NCBI RefSeq assembly: GCF_048264025.1
Contig: NZ_JBLXDN010000004.1
Coordinates: 30,026 to 94,025, forward strand
Reading direction: 5' to 3'
DNA length: 64,000 nucleotides
Origin: Nitrincola sp.
Lineage (GTDB): Bacteria; Pseudomonadota; Gammaproteobacteria; Pseudomonadales; Balneatricaceae
In this document: positions 61,199 through 64,000 of the stretch, piece after piece
Layout of the letters: each line of letters begins with the position of its first letter
Numbering within the stretch: the first letter of the stretch is position 1
Notes under the pieces: generated by a model
Database searches by the model: none
Told to the model about the DNA's origin: nothing
What the model saw: only the letters and a program-made list of their open reading frames with translations
Program-made: the position numbers and the translations under genes

Positions 61199-62428
61199 CT
61201 AACTATAACTACTGGCTGTGTCATACAAAGCTTGCATGGATTCTTTGGTTAGCTTCAGGCCACCACGATAGGCATTTTCATACAGCTCACCATCAAAATC
61301 AGCCGGTAGCTTATCCCATTCGCCACTTTCATAGCTCATCACCTGAGATAAAATATCGCCCAGCGGACCGCTGTATTGACTGATGGCCTCTTTTATATCA
61401 TCAGCCAAGGGTAGCTGCTGCAATAGTTCATCCTGCTGTATATCCAATAATAAGTGAATACCGGACATCATACCCACCATAAAATAGGAGGAGTGCGGTA
61501 AGCGCTTCTGTTTGGCGGCAATCAATTCGCACATATGTGCACGTGTCAGTAAGTTACGCGTCAATTCTTCAGGTTTACCAGTATGCGCATCCAACGAAAT
61601 AACGGTTGCCCACTTTCTCACTTGCTCAAGTCCAAGCAGTACCACCGCCTGAGCGACTGATTCCACTTCTCTGACCAGTGCATAGGCCGCCGAGTTAACA
61701 ATGCGCAGCAGTTTGTATGTCAGTACTGGATCTTGCAGAATCAGCTTTTCAATTTTTTCCGGCGTGGCTTTGGGATCACCGAGTATCTGCAGTAACTGAA
61801 TCAGAACCACTTGATTAGCTTTGACTTTTTGTCCAGGCATGGCGCGGGGTTTGCTGAGAAAATTTCCCTGGAACAAGCTGAACTTGCTGGATACACAAAG
61901 TTCCAGGGTTTCATAGTCACTGATATGGGTGGCCATCAACGGCCGTTTCCAGGGCGCCAGATGCTGTTGCAAGGCGTGGATTTCGTCAGGTGATTTACCA
62001 TCCACACTGACTTTAATCAAATAGACCAATTTCAACAGGGAAGAAAAAGCCTCTGGGTCGTCAACGTTACTGACAGAAACCCGATAGCCCTCATTAATCA
62101 GTGGCAGTAGATTACGCAGTGCATCTTTAGGGTCTGCACCTCTGAGACTGAATTCAAGGATGACCTGTTTTTTTGGCAAGCCAGGCAGACCGGTTTGTTT
62201 AAGCAAGGCAAAAGACAAGGAAATAAAGGCAGGAACTCTTTTGACTTCCCCCTGATCTGAAATGCTAGTGTAGGCATCCAGCACCGCCGCTGACGACAGG
62301 CTGTCGTCTTCGGCACTGACCAGTTGCTGTATGGACTCACTTTGGCAGAGCAATTCATAGGCTACAACTTTTTGATGGGCATCAAAGATCGGTTGTCGGG
62401 TAAGAAGAATTTGCGCCTGTGTGCCCAT
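61199..62428 (-). CDS. EAL-like plus HDOD two-domain signalling protein (COG3434-type)
   Basis: N-terminal LTRQPIFDAHQKVVAYELL (degenerate EAL). HDOD part ILQDPVLTYKLLRIVNSAAYAL...AVVLLGLEQVRKW. Confidence 0.75.
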   Translation of the reverse strand: MGTQAQILLTRQPIFDAHQKVVAYELLCQSESIQQLVSAEDDSLSSAAVLDAYTSISDQGEVKRVPAFISLSFALLKQTGLPGLPKKQVILEFSLRGADPKDALRNLLPLINEGYRVSVSNVDDPEAFSSLLKLVYLIKVSVDGKSPDEIHALQQHLAPWKRPLMATHISDYETLELCVSSKFSLFQGNFLSKPRAMPGQKVKANQVVLIQLLQILGDPKATPEKIEKLILQDPVLTYKLLRIVNSAAYALVREVESVAQAVVLLGLEQVRKWATVISLDAHTGKPEELTRNLLTRAHMCELIAAKQKRLPHSSYFMVGMMSGIHLLLDIQQDELLQQLPLADDIKEAISQYSGPLGDILSQVMSYESGEWDKLPADFDGELYENAYRGGLKLTKESMQALYDTASSYS

Positions 62429-62474
62429 ACCGATGGAAAACCTTAATTTGTACTGAGGAGTGGTGTCATGAAAG

Positions 62475-62482
62475 TGTATAAT
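62475..62482 (+). promoter_or_regulatory. Possible extended -10 element (TGTATAAT) upstream of ylqF
   Basis: TGTATAAT at 62475-62482, 66 nt before the ylqF ATG. No convincing -35 at 16-18 nt spacing. An 8-nt direct repeat GTTTGTAG occurs twice just downstream (about 62483-62490 and 62504-62511). Confidence 0.25.
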
Positions 62483-62547
62483 GTTTGTAGTAAGAGCGCA
62501 CTAGTTTGTAGCACTGAATCCCTTTAAGTTATATAAGTCTGAAATCT

Positions 62548-63468
62548 ATGAGTCAAATCAACTGGTTCCCAGGACACATGCACAAAGCGCGTAAAGAGAT
62601 CGCTGAAGTGATGAGTGAAATCGACCTGGTAATCGAAGTACTGGATGCCCGTTTGCCACGATCCAGCGAAAATCCACTGGTTAATCAACTCCGTAAAGGT
62701 AAACCAGTGTTGAAAATCCTCAATAAGCAGGACTTGGCTGACCCGCAAGTCACTGAAGAGTGGCTTGCGCATTTTAATAGCCAGGACGGTGTGCGGGCCA
62801 TTGCACTGGACGCTTCTCAACAGAAATTAGTGAAGCGACTACCTGAGATCTGCAAGCAAATGATACCGGCGAGGGCCAAAGCTGAACGTCCGGTTAGAGC
62901 GATGATTATGGGCATACCCAATGTGGGTAAATCCACGCTGCTGAATGCCATACTGGGACGTAAGCTTGCGAAAGTGGGTAATGAGCCAGCGGTCACGCGT
63001 CAGCAGAAGCGCTACACAGTTCAAGGTGGACTGGCACTGTCTGATACGCCAGGTATACTCTGGCCTAAAATTGAAGATTTGGATTCTGGATACCGTTTGG
63101 CGGCAAGTGGTGCGATTAAAGACACGGCCATTGAGCATGAATTAGTCGCCACGTTTGCTGCACGCTTTATGCTGGATCACTATGCCGATAATCTGCGCGA
63201 ACGTTACCGTTTGACAGACTTGCCGGAGATAGCTGATGACCTGCTCGATGTGATTGGCCGAAAGCGCGGCTGTTTGCGTCCTGGTGGTGTGGTAGACAGA
63301 CATAAAGCATCCGAAATACTGATTAATGAGATGCGCGCCGGTACCTTGGGTCGCATCAGTTTCGAAACCCTTACAGAATGGCAGCAAAAAGATGAAGCGG
63401 CTCGGCTCGCTGCGCTTGAAGCTGAAAATGCAGCCGCGACCGGAGAGAAAAGTAATGACACGCATTAA
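62548..63468 (+). CDS. ylqF: Ribosome biogenesis GTPase A (YlqF/RbgA, circularly permuted GTPase)
   Basis: INWFPGHMHKARKEI, DLVIEVLDARLP, LNKQDL, GIPNVGKSTLLN and DTPGILWPK show the circularly permuted G4-G1-G3 order. Confidence 0.9.
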   Translation: MSQINWFPGHMHKARKEIAEVMSEIDLVIEVLDARLPRSSENPLVNQLRKGKPVLKILNKQDLADPQVTEEWLAHFNSQDGVRAIALDASQQKLVKRLPEICKQMIPARAKAERPVRAMIMGIPNVGKSTLLNAILGRKLAKVGNEPAVTRQQKRYTVQGGLALSDTPGILWPKIEDLDSGYRLAASGAIKDTAIEHELVATFAARFMLDHYADNLRERYRLTDLPEIADDLLDVIGRKRGCLRPGGVVDRHKASEILINEMRAGTLGRISFETLTEWQQKDEAARLAALEAENAAATGEKSNDTH

Positions 63469-63796
63469 AAAACAGCGCAAGTCGGTAAAAGTTATCCTGA
63501 TGGAAACAGCACCGAAGAAAAAAGAACGCTTATCGGATCCGGACAGCTATGCAAGCCGCAAGCAGCAGGCGCAGAAAAAGCGTAAAAAACACCTGTCAGT
63601 CTATGAAAAAGCACGCCTGGAAGCTGAGCAGCAAGCACGTAATGAGGCATCTGGGCGCCGTGGTTCACAAACCTTTGGTCCGCTGGCTGATAAGATTCGC
63701 AAACTCAATGCCAAGAAAAAACAGCAGGAGGCCCGTGCCTCCAAGTCAGCCGAGGCTGAAGAGTCTAGCGACGCAACTAAAGAGTCATCAGATTAA
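63455..63796 (+). CDS. Hypothetical small Lys/Glu/Gln-rich protein (113 aa)
   Basis: GGAGAG lies 8 nt upstream of ATG 63455, which overlaps the ylqF 3' end by 14 nt. MTRIKKQRKSVKV...KKRKKHLSVYEKARLEAEQQARNE...KKKQQEARASK. Low complexity; no family recognised. Confidence 0.45.
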   Translation: MTRIKKQRKSVKVILMETAPKKKERLSDPDSYASRKQQAQKKRKKHLSVYEKARLEAEQQARNEASGRRGSQTFGPLADKIRKLNAKKKQQEARASKSAEAEESSDATKESSD

Positions 63797-63820
63797 GTCA
63801 CTCAAGGGGTAAAGTTTTTA

Positions 63821-64000
63821 ATGTATTTTGGTAGTGATAACCAAACTGGGGCTTCGGAGCAGGTGCTTAAAGCCCTAGTTGAAGCTAACACGGGTATTTG
63901 TGCATCCTACGGTGATGATCAATGGACTGCGGCGGCGGTCAAGGCCGTACAAGCCACATTTGAGTGCGACTGTGAGGTGTTCTTTGTCGCCAGTGGTACG
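63821..64000 (+). CDS. ltaE: Low-specificity L-threonine aldolase-like (beta-eliminating lyase family), 5' part only; continues past the window
   Basis: MYFGSDNQTGASEQVLKALVEANTG...YGDDQWTAAAVKAVQATFECDCEVFFVASGT is a typical N-terminus of threonine aldolases. Confidence 0.65.
   Translation, partial: MYFGSDNQTGASEQVLKALVEANTGICASYGDDQWTAAAVKAVQATFECDCEVFFVASGT

Noticed and set aside
1-64000. Mobile-element or genomic-island boundaries, CRISPR arrays, rRNA and tRNA genes
   Set aside because: No transposase, integrase, phage or plasmid gene, no direct-repeat array and no stable RNA gene was seen. The cluster looks accessory by content, but I cannot show horizontal acquisition from this window alone.

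Overview
This is a 64-kb stretch of what looks like a gammaproteobacterial chromosome, judged from gene content and E. coli-like synteny. All domain and family calls were made by eye from the supplied translations; I ran no HMM, BLAST or structure search.

LEFT ~41 kb (nt 2-40752), accessory-looking:
- A sensor histidine kinase runs off the left edge.
- It is followed by ten co-directional, tightly packed or overlapping genes on the + strand.
- In order: a TolC-family outer-membrane protein with a ~440-aa AMIN-like N-terminal extension; a 6188-aa secreted-adhesin-like giant (LEPR-XLL-like N-terminal motif, DUF4347-like domain, RTX-like repeats, ~70-aa super-repeats, 4 VCBS-type repeats, acidic tail); a TpsB/TpsA two-partner secretion pair (706 aa and 2471 aa).
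- Then comes a translationally coupled block: a DUF3467 small protein, a GAF-like/HlyD adaptor, a PqqD(RRE)-like/M50 metalloprotease/HlyD-like fusion, a truncated 659-aa SecA-like ATPase and a small HlyD-type adaptor.
- A SapC-family protein ends the string.
- No ABC, RND or MFS pump is encoded in this string. The SecA-like/M50/HlyD/TolC combination is my main candidate for an undescribed export or processing system.

RIGHT ~23 kb, ordinary housekeeping:
- IalB-like protein, EAL phosphodiesterase, DUF4442-like protein and yejABE (no yejF).
- mltD-gloB-yafS-rnhA-dnaQ, then nudC, an SCP2 protein, sohB and a TetR regulator.
- L,D-transpeptidase, nagZ, cydDC, an HDOD protein, yafV and an EAL-like/HDOD protein.
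- ylqF, a small Lys-rich ORF and the 5' end of a threonine aldolase-like gene.

I found no rRNA, tRNA, CRISPR array, transposase or integrase.
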